DNA from: an uncultured delta proteobacterium | GTDB lineage: Bacteria; Myxococcota; Myxococcia; Myxococcales; Anaeromyxobacteraceae | Length of the DNA: 64,000 nt | Direction of reading: 5' to 3' | Assembly: GCA_963814585.1 (NCBI GenBank) | Contig: CAWFDF010000014.1 | Location: 160,001 to 224,000 of the forward strand | In this document: one piece after another, positions 28,881 through 38,900 of the stretch | How positions within the stretch are numbered: the stretch's first letter is position 1 | Layout: every line of letters begins with the position of its first letter | Program-made: the position numbers and the translations under genes | The notes under the pieces: generated by a model | Seen by the model: only the letters and a program-made list of their open reading frames with translations | The model's database searches: none | What the model was told of the DNA's origin: nothing

Positions 28881-29452
28881 GGCGCTCCCCGGCGGTGGGC
28901 GCTGCGGGCCATGCGGAACAGCTCCTCGACGTCCCCTCGGGTGCGCAGCACCATCCGGCGTCCGTCGCGCTCCCATGCCAGCTGGTGCCAGACCTCCCCG
29001 GCGATGGTCCGGCGGGACAGCCGGGCCGGGTGGCTGGCCACCGTGGCCGGCGACGAGGAGAGCTCGGTCCCCGGCGGCTCCAGGTCCGGGGGGAACGACG
29101 CGCCCGGCGTGGTGGCCTGGAGAAGCTGCAGCTGGTCACCACCGCCCGAGCGCTCCCTGAAGGTCAGCTCGACGGCGCCGCCCTGGCCGCCGGCGACGCG
29201 GATCCGCGCTGGAGGCCAGCCGAGGTGGGCGGGATAGTAGGAGGGGAGCGCCAGCCCGGCGCCCAGGCTCCGCTCGGCCGCCTCGATGCTGGAGACCGTG
29301 CGCACCTCGCGAGGCTCCCCGGCGATCCAGCCGGGCAGCGCCCCGAGGCCGGCCAGCGTCACCGCGGTGGCCCCCACCACCCAGCCGAGGGCGGCCAGCA
29401 GCCGGAGCAGCTCCGAGCCGGGGGCGCGGGCGGGCTGGGCGGGCGCGGTCAT
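28877..29452 (-). CDS. Hypothetical membrane-anchored protein
   Basis: MTAPAQP...LLAALGWVVGATAVTLAGLGALPGW, LALPSYYPAHLGWPP; translationally coupled on both sides. Confidence 0.65.
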   Translation of the reverse strand: MTAPAQPARAPGSELLRLLAALGWVVGATAVTLAGLGALPGWIAGEPREVRTVSSIEAAERSLGAGLALPSYYPAHLGWPPARIRVAGGQGGAVELTFRERSGGGDQLQLLQATTPGASFPPDLEPPGTELSSSPATVASHPARLSRRTIAGEVWHQLAWERDGRRMVLRTRGDVEELFRMARSAHRRGAP

Positions 29453-30429
29453 GTGACGAAGTAGAGCAGGCCGGTCATCGAGGTGGCCGCCAGGCCGAGC
29501 CGCAGCCGGTTGAAGGGCAGCCGAGGCGGCGCCGGCTGGAGCAGCGCCTCGACGCGCCGCTCCACGTCGTGGGAGCGGGCCCGCCGCAGCGTCCCCTCCA
29601 GCGCGCCCCGGAAGACCAGGGTGTGCCGCCCGTCCGAGCCGCCGGTGGCCCGGTGGAGCTTGAGCAACGCGCTGGCCAGCGCCAGTCGGTCGGCGCCCCG
29701 CGCCACGCTGCTCTCGTCGGCGAGCCGCTCGGCGTCGCGAGCCAGCGCCCGCGACAGGACCTGGAACGTGGGGTTCCACCACATCATGATGCGCAGCCCG
29801 AGCATCGCCCAGCTCCGGACCGGATCGCGCCGGTCCAGGTGGGCCAGCTCGTGGGCCAGCGCCGCCTGCAGCTCGTCGGCGTCGAGCAGGTCGACGGCGC
29901 CCCGGGTGACGAAGATGGCGGGACGGCGCACCCCCGCGCAGAAGAGGCTGGGCAGCGGGCGGTCGAGGTAGAGCACCGGCGGCGAGGACCTGCCGGCGAG
30001 CCTCGGGGGCAGCGCCGCCTCGAGCGCCGCGGCGTGGGCTGCGTCCGGCTGGCCCGGCGGAGGGCGGCCCCGGCGCAGGGTGCGCCCCAGCGACACCAGG
30101 TCGATGGACAGGAGCAGGAGCCCGAGCGCCGCCAGCGCGGCGGCGAAGGCGAGGTGGAGGTCGACCCCGAGGAAGGCCACGTCGCTCCAGCGCCGGCCGG
30201 AGAGCAAGGCGGTGTCGCGGAACGCCTCCCCGGCGCGGTGCGGGAAGAGCAGGACCAGCGCCGGGAAGGCCACCAGCGGATAGGCGACCGCCACCAGCCG
30301 AAGGGCCACGCGCTGCGCCGGGTGGCCGACCTGCCAGCTCCGCACCAGCGCCTCGACGAAGAGCGCCGCCACCAGCGAGTGGAAGATGCCCTGGGAGAGG
30401 AGGTCAACCGTGAGGACGCTCGGAGCCAT
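29449..30429 (-). CDS. M56/M48-family membrane zinc metallopeptidase
   Basis: ELQAALAHELAH (HExxH), WWNP, ERLADE; N-terminal TM helices. Start could be 30444. Confidence 0.85.
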   Translation of the reverse strand: MAPSVLTVDLLSQGIFHSLVAALFVEALVRSWQVGHPAQRVALRLVAVAYPLVAFPALVLLFPHRAGEAFRDTALLSGRRWSDVAFLGVDLHLAFAAALAALGLLLLSIDLVSLGRTLRRGRPPPGQPDAAHAAALEAALPPRLAGRSSPPVLYLDRPLPSLFCAGVRRPAIFVTRGAVDLLDADELQAALAHELAHLDRRDPVRSWAMLGLRIMMWWNPTFQVLSRALARDAERLADESSVARGADRLALASALLKLHRATGGSDGRHTLVFRGALEGTLRRARSHDVERRVEALLQPAPPRLPFNRLRLGLAATSMTGLLYFVT

Positions 30430-31138
30430 GGTCGGGCGCGGCATGCCCGCCGAGCTCCTCCACGGGCCGCCCCTCGATGCGGGCCAGCTCCAGAGGATGC
30501 TCGTGCAGCATCCGCTCCCGGCTGATCTTACCCGTGAACATCGACGCGTCGAAGGGGAAGACGTCCGGGTTCAGGTGGGCGTTGAAGATGTGCCAGATGG
30601 TGATGACGAAGAAGGCCATCAGGCCCTCGTTGGAGTGGGCCACCTTGGCGGCCGGGATGATCTGCCCGGGGACCAGGTTGGCGAAGGCCACCGGGAAGTA
30701 GAGCACGAACCCGGTCGCCACCATGATGACGTTGCCGAACACCAGCCCCCAGTACTCGAACTTCTGCTTGTAGTCGTAGCGGTCGTACCTGGGCTGCTGG
30801 TTGGTCATCCCCAGGTAGAACTTGAGCTGGAGCACGGCGTCGTCGAAGTCCTTGCGCACCGGCGCCATGGTGAAGCCCGCCTTCTTGGCCCACATGGTGA
30901 CGGCGGCGTTGGCGAAGTGGACCACGGTGGAGAGCGCCAGCACCACGCCGCAGAACCGGTGGATCCAGCGGGTCCGGTCGATGCCGCCGAAGAGGCCGAC
31001 GAGCGTGCGGGCCCAGTCCGTGTCGAAGAACTTCTGCGGCAGGCCGGTCAGGCAGAGGAGCACGAACACCGCCATGGTGACGAAGTGCTCGGCGCGCTGC
31101 TGGAAGGTGAAGCGGAGGATCTGGGTGCCCTTGCTCAT
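30404..31138 (-). CDS. FdnI/HydC-like dihaem cytochrome b subunit
   Basis: RFTFQQRAEH, TGLPQKF, WIHR, RYDYKQKFEYWG, AHSNEGLMA, IWHIFNAHL, EHPLEL. Confidence 0.9.
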   Translation of the reverse strand: MSKGTQILRFTFQQRAEHFVTMAVFVLLCLTGLPQKFFDTDWARTLVGLFGGIDRTRWIHRFCGVVLALSTVVHFANAAVTMWAKKAGFTMAPVRKDFDDAVLQLKFYLGMTNQQPRYDRYDYKQKFEYWGLVFGNVIMVATGFVLYFPVAFANLVPGQIIPAAKVAHSNEGLMAFFVITIWHIFNAHLNPDVFPFDASMFTGKISRERMLHEHPLELARIEGRPVEELGGHAAPDHGSERPHG

Positions 31139-31155
31139 GGTGTGCTCCCGGCGCG

Positions 31156-32196
31156 CTAGCGGTTGACGACGACGCGCCAGAGGTGGAGCGCGATCTGCAG
31201 GACGAGGCCGCCCACCATGAAGGGGATCATCAGGCGGTAGAACACCTGGACCAGCCAGACCAGCGGCGCCTTCTCCATGCTGGGCGGGTAGTGCGAGAGC
31301 CAGGCCTTGGGGAAGGTCTCGCTGGCACCGGAGTGGCAGCGGGCGCAGGTCTTCTGCAGGTTGGCCGACATCACCGCCGAGCGGGGATCATCGGCCTTCT
31401 GGATGTCGTGGACGCCGTGGCAGTCGGTGCAGACCGCGGCCAGCCGCTTGCCGTCCGCCGGACGCTGTCCCTTCTGGAAGGAGGCCGACATGCCATGGAA
31501 GTCGGCCAGGTAGGTGGACACCACCTCGGTGGAGAGGCCGTACTTCTTCATCAGCTGCTGGTCGGAGTGGCAGCGGCCGCAGATCTCCGGGGAGCGCATG
31601 GCCAGCGCGCCGTCGCGGGGGTCGGTGGTGTCGTGGGCCTTGTGGCAGTCGGTGCAGACCGGCACGTCGGGGTTACCGGCCGAGGCGCGGCCGTGGACGC
31701 TCTTGGCGTACACGTCGGCCTCCCCCTGGTGACAGCGGCTGCACATGCTGGAGATGCGGGTGCGAGGCTGGGCTGGCCGGGAGATGTCATGGGCGCCGTG
31801 GCAGTCGACGCAGAGCGCCGCCTTGGGGTTCCCCTTGGACATCACGGCGTAGTGCACGCCGTCGAGCGTCTTGGTGTAGTTGGCGAAGTGGCAGCCCTTG
31901 CACTGCTCGTAGTAGGCGCGGGTCACCTCGCGGCGCGACTTGAACTTGACCTCGCCGGTGGCGTGGTCGCTGGCCTTGTCGGCGTGGCAGTCGGTGCACC
32001 GCAGGTTCTCGCCGTGGACCGACCTGGCGAAGGCGTCCTGGTCGATGGAGAGCGGCAGCTTCTCGCCGCTGGCCAGCGTGAAGGTCTCCTTGGGATCGGT
32101 GTGGCACCCGAGGCAGTCCTCCTGCTCGGCCGGGATGGCCGCCGACGCGGCCGTGGCCACCAGGAGGAAGGCTGCCGCGCACATCGTCATTCTCAT
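31156..32196 (-). CDS. Nonahaem cytochrome c with signal peptide and C-terminal TM anchor (CbcL c-domain-like)
   Basis: Nine CxxCH: CLGCH, CTDCH, CKGCH, CVDCH, CSRCH, CTDCH, CGRCH, CTDCH, CARCH. Confidence 0.92.
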   Translation of the reverse strand: MRMTMCAAAFLLVATAASAAIPAEQEDCLGCHTDPKETFTLASGEKLPLSIDQDAFARSVHGENLRCTDCHADKASDHATGEVKFKSRREVTRAYYEQCKGCHFANYTKTLDGVHYAVMSKGNPKAALCVDCHGAHDISRPAQPRTRISSMCSRCHQGEADVYAKSVHGRASAGNPDVPVCTDCHKAHDTTDPRDGALAMRSPEICGRCHSDQQLMKKYGLSTEVVSTYLADFHGMSASFQKGQRPADGKRLAAVCTDCHGVHDIQKADDPRSAVMSANLQKTCARCHSGASETFPKAWLSHYPPSMEKAPLVWLVQVFYRLMIPFMVGGLVLQIALHLWRVVVNR

Positions 32197-32294
32197 CGTG
32201 AGCCCCAGGGCGCGAGCGGCCGCTCGTGCCAGATCCGGTTCGTTCCAAACGGTGCGTCATTCCTAGCAGGGCGCGGCGGATCGCGCCCTGCGGC

Positions 32295-32313
32295 GAATGA
32301 CCACGCGTCATTC
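32295..32313. promoter_or_regulatory. Palindromic candidate operator
   Basis: GAATGAC-N5-GTCATTC with an extra half-site GTCATTC at 32256-32262, upstream of the cytochrome c/b operon. Confidence 0.5.
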
Positions 32314-32378
32314 CGCACCACGGGTGCGAGAGGCGTGGCGAATTGATCCCGAGCAGGATCCTGCTACCTTCCCGGGCC

Positions 32379-33239
32379 GTGCCCGACCCTCGCGCCATCC
32401 TCCTGGTCCGCTGCCCGGACCAGCCCGGCATCATCGCCGCCATCTCCGGCTTCCTCTTCCAGCACGGCGCCAACATCATCGACTTCGATCAGCACTCGAC
32501 CGACGACGACGGCGGCGTCTACTTCACCCGGCTGGAGTTCCAGACCAGCCGCGTCGACCTGCCGATCGACGACCTGCGCCGCGCCTTCGAGGCCGAGGTG
32601 GCCCGGCGCTTCGCCATGACCTGGCGCCTCTCGGTGCCGAGGCCGCGCAGGCGGGTGGCCGTGCTGGTGTCGCGCCACGACCACGCCCTGCTGGAGCTGC
32701 TCTGGACCTGGCAGCGCGGCGAGCTGCCCGCCGAGATCTCGCTGGTGATCTCGAACCACCCCGACCTGCGCGGGGCGGTGGAGGGCTTCGGAGTCCGCTT
32801 CGAGCACGTCCCCAACGGCCCCGACCGGCGCCAGGCCGCCGAGCGGCGCATGGTGGAACTGCTCGACGCCGCCGCCGAGGTGGTGGTGCTCGCCCGCTAC
32901 ATGCAGATCCTCTCGGGCGAGTTCGCGGCCCGCTACCGCGAGCGGCTCATCAACATCCATCACAGCTTCCTGCCCGCCTTCGCCGGCGCCGATCCGTATC
33001 GCCAGGCGCACGAGCGGGGCGTCAAGATCGTCGGGGCCACCGCCCACTACGTCACCGAGGCGCTCGACGCCGGCCCCATCATCGAGCAGGACGTGGCCCG
33101 GGTCTCGCACCGTGACGAGGTGGACGACCTGAAGCGCCTGGGGCGCGACCTGGAGCGGCGGGTGCTGGCCCGGGCGGTGCGCTGGCACTGCGAGGACCGG
33201 GTGCTGGTCCATGGGAACAGGACCGTCGTGTTCGCGTGA
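32379..33239 (+). CDS. purU: Formyltetrahydrofolate deformylase
   Basis: ACT domain CPDQPGII, VISNHPDL, VLARYMQILS, INIHHSFLPAF, GVKIVGATAHYVT, DAGPIIEQ. Confidence 0.96.
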   Translation: MPDPRAILLVRCPDQPGIIAAISGFLFQHGANIIDFDQHSTDDDGGVYFTRLEFQTSRVDLPIDDLRRAFEAEVARRFAMTWRLSVPRPRRRVAVLVSRHDHALLELLWTWQRGELPAEISLVISNHPDLRGAVEGFGVRFEHVPNGPDRRQAAERRMVELLDAAAEVVVLARYMQILSGEFAARYRERLINIHHSFLPAFAGADPYRQAHERGVKIVGATAHYVTEALDAGPIIEQDVARVSHRDEVDDLKRLGRDLERRVLARAVRWHCEDRVLVHGNRTVVFA

Positions 33240-33283
33240 CGGCGCCTCCTCCCGGCGGCTCCAGCGCCTGGGCGCCGGGTGCG

Positions 33284-33312
33284 TTGACGCCCCGGCGCCT
33301 GCGCCCTATGAC
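33284..33312 (+). promoter_or_regulatory. Sigma-70-type promoter for the RND operon
   Basis: TTGACG-N17-TATGAC, 9 nt before ATG 33322. Confidence 0.6.
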
Positions 33313-33321
33313 GGCAGCCGC

Positions 33322-34794
33322 ATGATCCCCGCGCCCTCACCCCTCGCCACCCCCCAGCGCCCGGTCCGGCCGGCGTGGGCCGCCGCCCTGCTCTCCGTGG
33401 CGCTGGCCGGGTGCAGCGCCTTCTTCCCCTCGAGCTACGCCGAGCGGCGGCTGGCCGAGCCCCTCCCCACCGGCGCGCCCCCGGCGCCGCCACCCGAGCC
33501 GGCCCCGCCCCCACCCACGGCGCCCGGGGCCTCCGACGTGGCCCCCGCCGCCACCCGCAGCGTGAGCGGACTGGCCGACATGCTCGACCTGGCGCTGCGC
33601 CACGACCCGGGGACGCGCGCGGCCTGGCTCGATGCGCGCGCCGCCGCCAGCGCGGCCGGGGCCCGCCGCGCCGCCTGGCTCCCCACGGTCGAGGGCGACG
33701 CCGGGCTGCAGCGCGCCCAGGCGCCCAGCTCCACCTCGTGGGAGGCCCGCCGCACCGACGCCTCCGTCTCGGCGCGGCTCACCTGGCTGCTGCTCGACCT
33801 CGGCGCCCGCAGCGCCTCGCAGGACGAGGCCAACCAGCAATTGCTGGCCGCCCGGCTGGCCCACGAGACCGCGGTGCTCGACCTGGCTCTCCGCGTGGAG
33901 GAGACCTGGTACGGCTACCAGACCTCGCGAGCGCTGCTGGCGGCCGCCGACGCCACCATCAAGCAGGCCGAGACCAGCCTGAGGGCCGCCGAGGAGCGGC
34001 GCGCCGCCGGCGCCGCCACCGTGGCCGACGTGCTGCAGGCCAGGACCGCCCTCTCCCAGCTCTGGCTGGACGTGCAACGCGTCGAGGGGCAGTCGGCGGT
34101 GCTGCGCGGGAGGCTGGCCTCGCTGGCCGGACTGCCGCCGACCGTCGAGCTCACGGTGCCGCCGCTCCCCGAGGACGTCCACGCCGATCAGGCCATGCCC
34201 GAGGTGACGCGGCTGCTCGACGAGGCGGCCCGCGCCAACCCCGACCTGGCCCGGGCCCGGGCGCTCGCGGACGCCGCCGACGCCCGGGCCCGGGCCGTCT
34301 CACGCGCCGACCTCCCCACCCTCTCCGGCGTGGCCAGCGCCGGCTCCGACTGGCCGCTGGCGCCGGAGAGCGACCGCTACACCTTCTGGAGCGCCGGGCT
34401 GCTGCTCCGCGTCCCGCTCTTCGCCGGCGGCCGTCCCACCTTCGACGCCGCCAGCGCCCGGGCCACCGCCGAGGCGGCCCAGCAGCGCACCGAGGCGGCC
34501 GGTCGGCAGGTGCAGCTCGACGTCTGGACCGCCTACCAGGCGCTCCGCACCGCCGCGCGCCGCGGCCAGACCGCCCGGGACCTGCTGGCCTCGGCCACCG
34601 AGGGCGTCGAGGTGGCCAACGGCCGCTACCGCGAGGGCCTCGGCTCGATCCTCGACCTGCTCTCGTCCCAGTCGGCCCTGGAGAGCGCCCGCGCCGAGGA
34701 GATCCTGGCCCGCGCCGACTGGCTGCTGGCGCTGGCCCGCCTGGCGCGCGCCACCGGCCGCCTGGTCCCCGCCACCTCTGGAGCCGCGCCATGA
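33322..34794 (+). CDS. TolC-family outer-membrane efflux lipoprotein
   Basis: Lipobox LAGC; two OEP repeats (ATVADVLQAR, RYREGLGSILDLL). Confidence 0.9.
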   Translation: MIPAPSPLATPQRPVRPAWAAALLSVALAGCSAFFPSSYAERRLAEPLPTGAPPAPPPEPAPPPPTAPGASDVAPAATRSVSGLADMLDLALRHDPGTRAAWLDARAAASAAGARRAAWLPTVEGDAGLQRAQAPSSTSWEARRTDASVSARLTWLLLDLGARSASQDEANQQLLAARLAHETAVLDLALRVEETWYGYQTSRALLAAADATIKQAETSLRAAEERRAAGAATVADVLQARTALSQLWLDVQRVEGQSAVLRGRLASLAGLPPTVELTVPPLPEDVHADQAMPEVTRLLDEAARANPDLARARALADAADARARAVSRADLPTLSGVASAGSDWPLAPESDRYTFWSAGLLLRVPLFAGGRPTFDAASARATAEAAQQRTEAAGRQVQLDVWTAYQALRTAARRGQTARDLLASATEGVEVANGRYREGLGSILDLLSSQSALESARAEEILARADWLLALARLARATGRLVPATSGAAP

Positions 34795-35939
34795 TCCGCC
34801 CGACCCGCCTCCTCCCCCTGGCCGTCCTCCTCGCCGCCGCCCTCCCCGCCTGCCGCGGAGGCGACGCCACCGGCCGGGTCCAGAAGCCGGTCCAGGTGCG
34901 GCTGGCCACCGCCGTCGAGAAGGCGGTGCCGGTCGAGGTCCGCGCCGTGGGCCGGGTGGTCTCGGCCCGCTCGGTGGTGGTCCGCCCGCAGGTGACCGGC
35001 CAGCTGGTCGCCGTCCGGTTCACCGAGGGCCAGGTCGTCCGTGAGGGCGACCTGCTCTTCGAGATCGACCGGCGCCCGTTCGAGGCGGCGCTGGCGGAGG
35101 CCCGGGCCAACCTGGCCCGCGACCAGGCCCGCGCCGTGTCGGCCCGGGCCGACGCCACCCGCTACGAGGGGCTGGCCGCCAAGGAGTACGTGACCAGGCA
35201 GCAGGCCGAGGGGGCCCGGGCCGCCGCCGGGGCGCTCGACGCCACGCTCGACGCCGGCCGCGCCGCCATCGAGCGGGCCGAGCTCAACCTCGCCTACTGC
35301 GCCATCCGCTCGCCGCTGACCGGGCGCACCGGGCGGGTGCTGGTCCACGCCGGCAACCTGGTCAACGCCGGCACGCAGGACCTCGTCACCATCGAGCAGC
35401 AGAAGCCGCTGCTGGCCAGCTTCACGCTGCCGGAGCGCCACCTCGCTGCCCTGCGCGCCGCGGGTCCGGGCGCGGAGGTCACGGTCGAGCCGGCCAGCGG
35501 CGGGCCGAGCTCGCTCGGCACGGTCGAGTTCATCGACAACGCCGTCGACCAGGCCACCGGCACCGTGCTGGTGAAGGCGAAGGTGCCCAACCGGGACGAG
35601 GCGCTCTGGCCCGGGCAGGCGGTCGAGGTCCGGGTCCGGCTGTCCGACCGGCCGCGTGCCGTCGTGGTGCCGTCGGCGGCGGTGGCGCAGGGCCAGCAGG
35701 GCGACTACGCCTGGGTGGTGAGGGACGGCGCCGTCGAGGTCCGCCAGGTCTCCGTCGAGGAGGCCGGCGAGCGCGAGGTGGTGGTGCGGCAGGGGCTGGC
35801 CGCCGGCGAGCAGGTGGTCATCGAGGGGCAGATGAAGCTGGTTCCGGGAACCCGCGTCGAGCCGCTGCCGCCGCCCTCGGCCGCGCCCGCTCCGGCCGGC
35901 CCCGCCGCCGCGCCCGCCGCGGCGCCGGTGAAGCCGTGA
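34791..35939 (+). CDS. RND periplasmic adaptor (MdtA-like)
   Basis: VRPQVTGQL, FTEGQVVREGDLLFEID, IRSPLTGRTG, IDNAVDQATGT, LWPGQ. Confidence 0.93.
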   Translation: MIRPTRLLPLAVLLAAALPACRGGDATGRVQKPVQVRLATAVEKAVPVEVRAVGRVVSARSVVVRPQVTGQLVAVRFTEGQVVREGDLLFEIDRRPFEAALAEARANLARDQARAVSARADATRYEGLAAKEYVTRQQAEGARAAAGALDATLDAGRAAIERAELNLAYCAIRSPLTGRTGRVLVHAGNLVNAGTQDLVTIEQQKPLLASFTLPERHLAALRAAGPGAEVTVEPASGGPSSLGTVEFIDNAVDQATGTVLVKAKVPNRDEALWPGQAVEVRVRLSDRPRAVVVPSAAVAQGQQGDYAWVVRDGAVEVRQVSVEEAGEREVVVRQGLAAGEQVVIEGQMKLVPGTRVEPLPPPSAAPAPAGPAAAPAAAPVKP

Positions 35940-38900
35940 ACATCTCCGAGCCCTTCATCCGGCGGCCGGTCGCCACCGCGCTGCTGACCGGCTCGCTCAT
36001 CATCTTCGGCGTCGTCGCCTACCGCCTGCTGCCGGTCTCCGATCTGCCGGCCGTCGACTACCCGACCATCCAGGTCTCGGCCTCGCTGCCGGGCGCCAGC
36101 CCGGAGACCATGGCCACCACCGTGGCCGCGCCGCTGGAGCGCCAGTTCTCGGCCATCGCCGGCCTGACCTCGATGAACTCCACCTCGGGCCAGGGGCAGA
36201 CGTCGATCACGCTCGAGTTCGACCTGGCCCGCAACCTCGACGGCGCGGCGCTCGACGTCCAGTCGGCCATCTCGGCGGCCGGTGGCCAGCTGCCGCCCAA
36301 CCTCCCGGCCGCCCCCACCTACCGCAAGGTCAACCCGGCCGACGAGCCCATCATCTACCTGGCCATCACCTCGCCGACCCTGCCGCTCTCCATGCTCAAC
36401 CGTTACGGGCAGGACATCGTCGCCCAGCGGCTCGCCACCATCCCCGGCGTGGCGCAGGTGCAGGTGTTCGGCTCGCAGAAGTACGCGGTCCGGGTGCAGG
36501 TCGATCCCCGCGCCCTCACCTCCCGCGGCATCGGCCTCGACGAGCTGGCGCAGGCCATCCGCGGCCAGAACTCCAACCTGCCCACCGGCGTGGTGCAGGG
36601 CACCTCCCGCTCCTACACCGTCGAGGCCACCGGCGGCCTGGAGCGGGCCAGCGAGTTCGGCAGCGCGGTGGTGGCCTACCGGAACGGGGCGCCGGTCCGC
36701 CTCGCCGACCTCGGCCGCGTCCGCGACGGGGTCGAGAACGAGAACACCGCCGCCTGGTTCTACCGGGACGGCCAGGAGCGGCGGGCCATCGTGATGGCGG
36801 TGATGCGCCAGCCCGGCACCAACACCGTGGCGGTGGCCGAGGCCGTCAACCAGATGCTGCCGCTGGTGGAGGCCCAGCTGCCGGCCGCGGCCCGGCTCTT
36901 CGTGCTCTACGACCGCGCCGTCTCCATCCGCGAGTCGGTCGCCGACGTGAAGTTCACGCTCTGGCTGACGCTCGGGCTGGTGGTGCTGGTCATCTTCGTC
37001 TTCCTGCGCAACCTCCCGGCCACCGTCATCCCCTCGCTGGCGCTGCCGGTCTCGCTGCTCGGCACCTTCGCGCTGATGTGGTGGGCCGGCTACAGCCTCG
37101 ACAACCTCTCGCTGATGGCGCTGACGCTGGCGGTCGGCTTCGTGGTCGACGACGCCATCGTCATGCTGGAGAACGTGGTCCGCCACCAGGAGATGGGGAA
37201 GCCGCCGCTGCAGGCGGCGCTGGAGGGCTCGCGTGAGGTGGCCTTCACCATCGTCTCCATGACCATCTCGCTGGCGGCGGTCTTCCTCCCCATCCTCTTC
37301 ATGCCCGGGCTGGTGGGCCGGCTCTTCCACGAGTTCGCCGTCACCATCGGCTCGGCCATCCTGGTCTCCGGCCTGGTCTCGCTGACGCTGACCCCCATGC
37401 TGTGCGCCCGCTTCCTTCGCCACGCCCCGCACGCCCAGCGCCACGGCGCCCTCTACCAGTGGACCGAGCGCGGCTTCGAGGCCACCATCCGCCTCTACGA
37501 CCGCGGCCTGCGCTGGTCGCTGGACCACCCGCGCCGGGTGATGGCCTTCTCGGCCGTGGTGCTGGTGTCGATGGTGCCGCTCTGGAACATGGTGCCCAAG
37601 GGCTTCCTTCCCATCGACGACACCGGCCGGGTTCGCGGCGTCACCGAAGGACCGGAGGGGACCAGCTTCGACGCCATGGCCCGGACCCAGCGCGCCGCCG
37701 CGGCGCTGGTGGCCTCGCAGCCCGAGGTGGAGCAGTTCATGTCCTCGGTCGGCGCCCGCGGCGTGGGCGGCGTGACCCAGGGGATCATGTTCATGAAGCT
37801 GAAGGACCACGCGGTGCGGCGCCACGTCGACGCCGTGGTGGCGGACCTGCGCGCCCTCATGACCCGGGTGCCGGGGCTGCGGGTCATCTTCCAGGTGCCG
37901 CCCCCCATCTCGCTGGGCGGCGGCGGGCGGGCCCTGTACACGGTGACGCTGCAGGACGCCGATCTGCAGGGGCTCTACCAGGCGGCGCCGGCCTTCGAGG
38001 CGGCCCTTCGGGCCCTCCCCGAGTTGCAGGACGTCACCAGCGACCTGCGCCTCGCCAGCCCGCGGCTCAAGGTGGAGATCGACCGCGACCGGGCCGCGCT
38101 GCTGGGCGTGCCGGCCCAGGCGGTCGAGGAGGCGCTCTACTCCGCGTACGGGTCGCGCCAGGTCTCGACCATCATGGCGCCGGAGGACCAGTACCAGGTG
38201 ATCCTGGAGCTGCTCCCGGAGCTGCGCACCGACCCGCAGGCCCTCTCCTGGCTGCACCTGCGCGGCCCGGGCGGCAAGCTGGTCCCGCTCGAGGCGCTGG
38301 CCCGGGTGGAGCGGTCGGTCGGGCCGCTCACCGTGAGCCACGCCGGCCAGCTCCCGGCGGTCAACGTCTCCTTCAACCTGAGGCCGGGGCGGGCCATCGG
38401 CGACGCGGTGACCGCCATCGACAGGACGGCGGCGGCGACGCTGCCGCCCACGGTGGTGACGCGCTTCCAGGGGGCGGCCCAGGCCTTCCGCGACTCGCTC
38501 ACCGGGCTCGGGCTGCTGCTGGCCGTCTCCATCCTGGTCATCTACGTGGTGCTGGGCGTGCTCTACGAGAGCTTCGCCCACCCGGTGACCATCCTCACCG
38601 CCCTCCCCTTCGCCGGCTTCGGGGCGCTGGTGACGCTCTGGATCTTCCGCGCCGAGCTCTCGGTCTACGCCTTCGTCGGCATCGTCATGCTGGTCGGCCT
38701 GGTCAAGAAGAACGGCATCATGATGGTCGACTTCGCCCTCGAGGCGCAGCGCGCCGGGGCGAGCGCCCGGGACGCCATCCACCAGGCCTCCATCACCCGC
38801 TTCCGCCCCATCATGATGACCACCATGGCGGCGCTCTTCGGGACGCTGCCCCTGGCCATCGGCATCGGGGCGGGCGCCGAGGGGCGCCGGCCGCTGGGCC

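Noticed and set aside
30404..33239. Formate-oxidation module (FdnI-like cytochrome b, purU, distant fdhE)
   Set aside because: No molybdopterin catalytic or Fe-S subunit in the window; purU is divergent and fdhE is 20 kb away.
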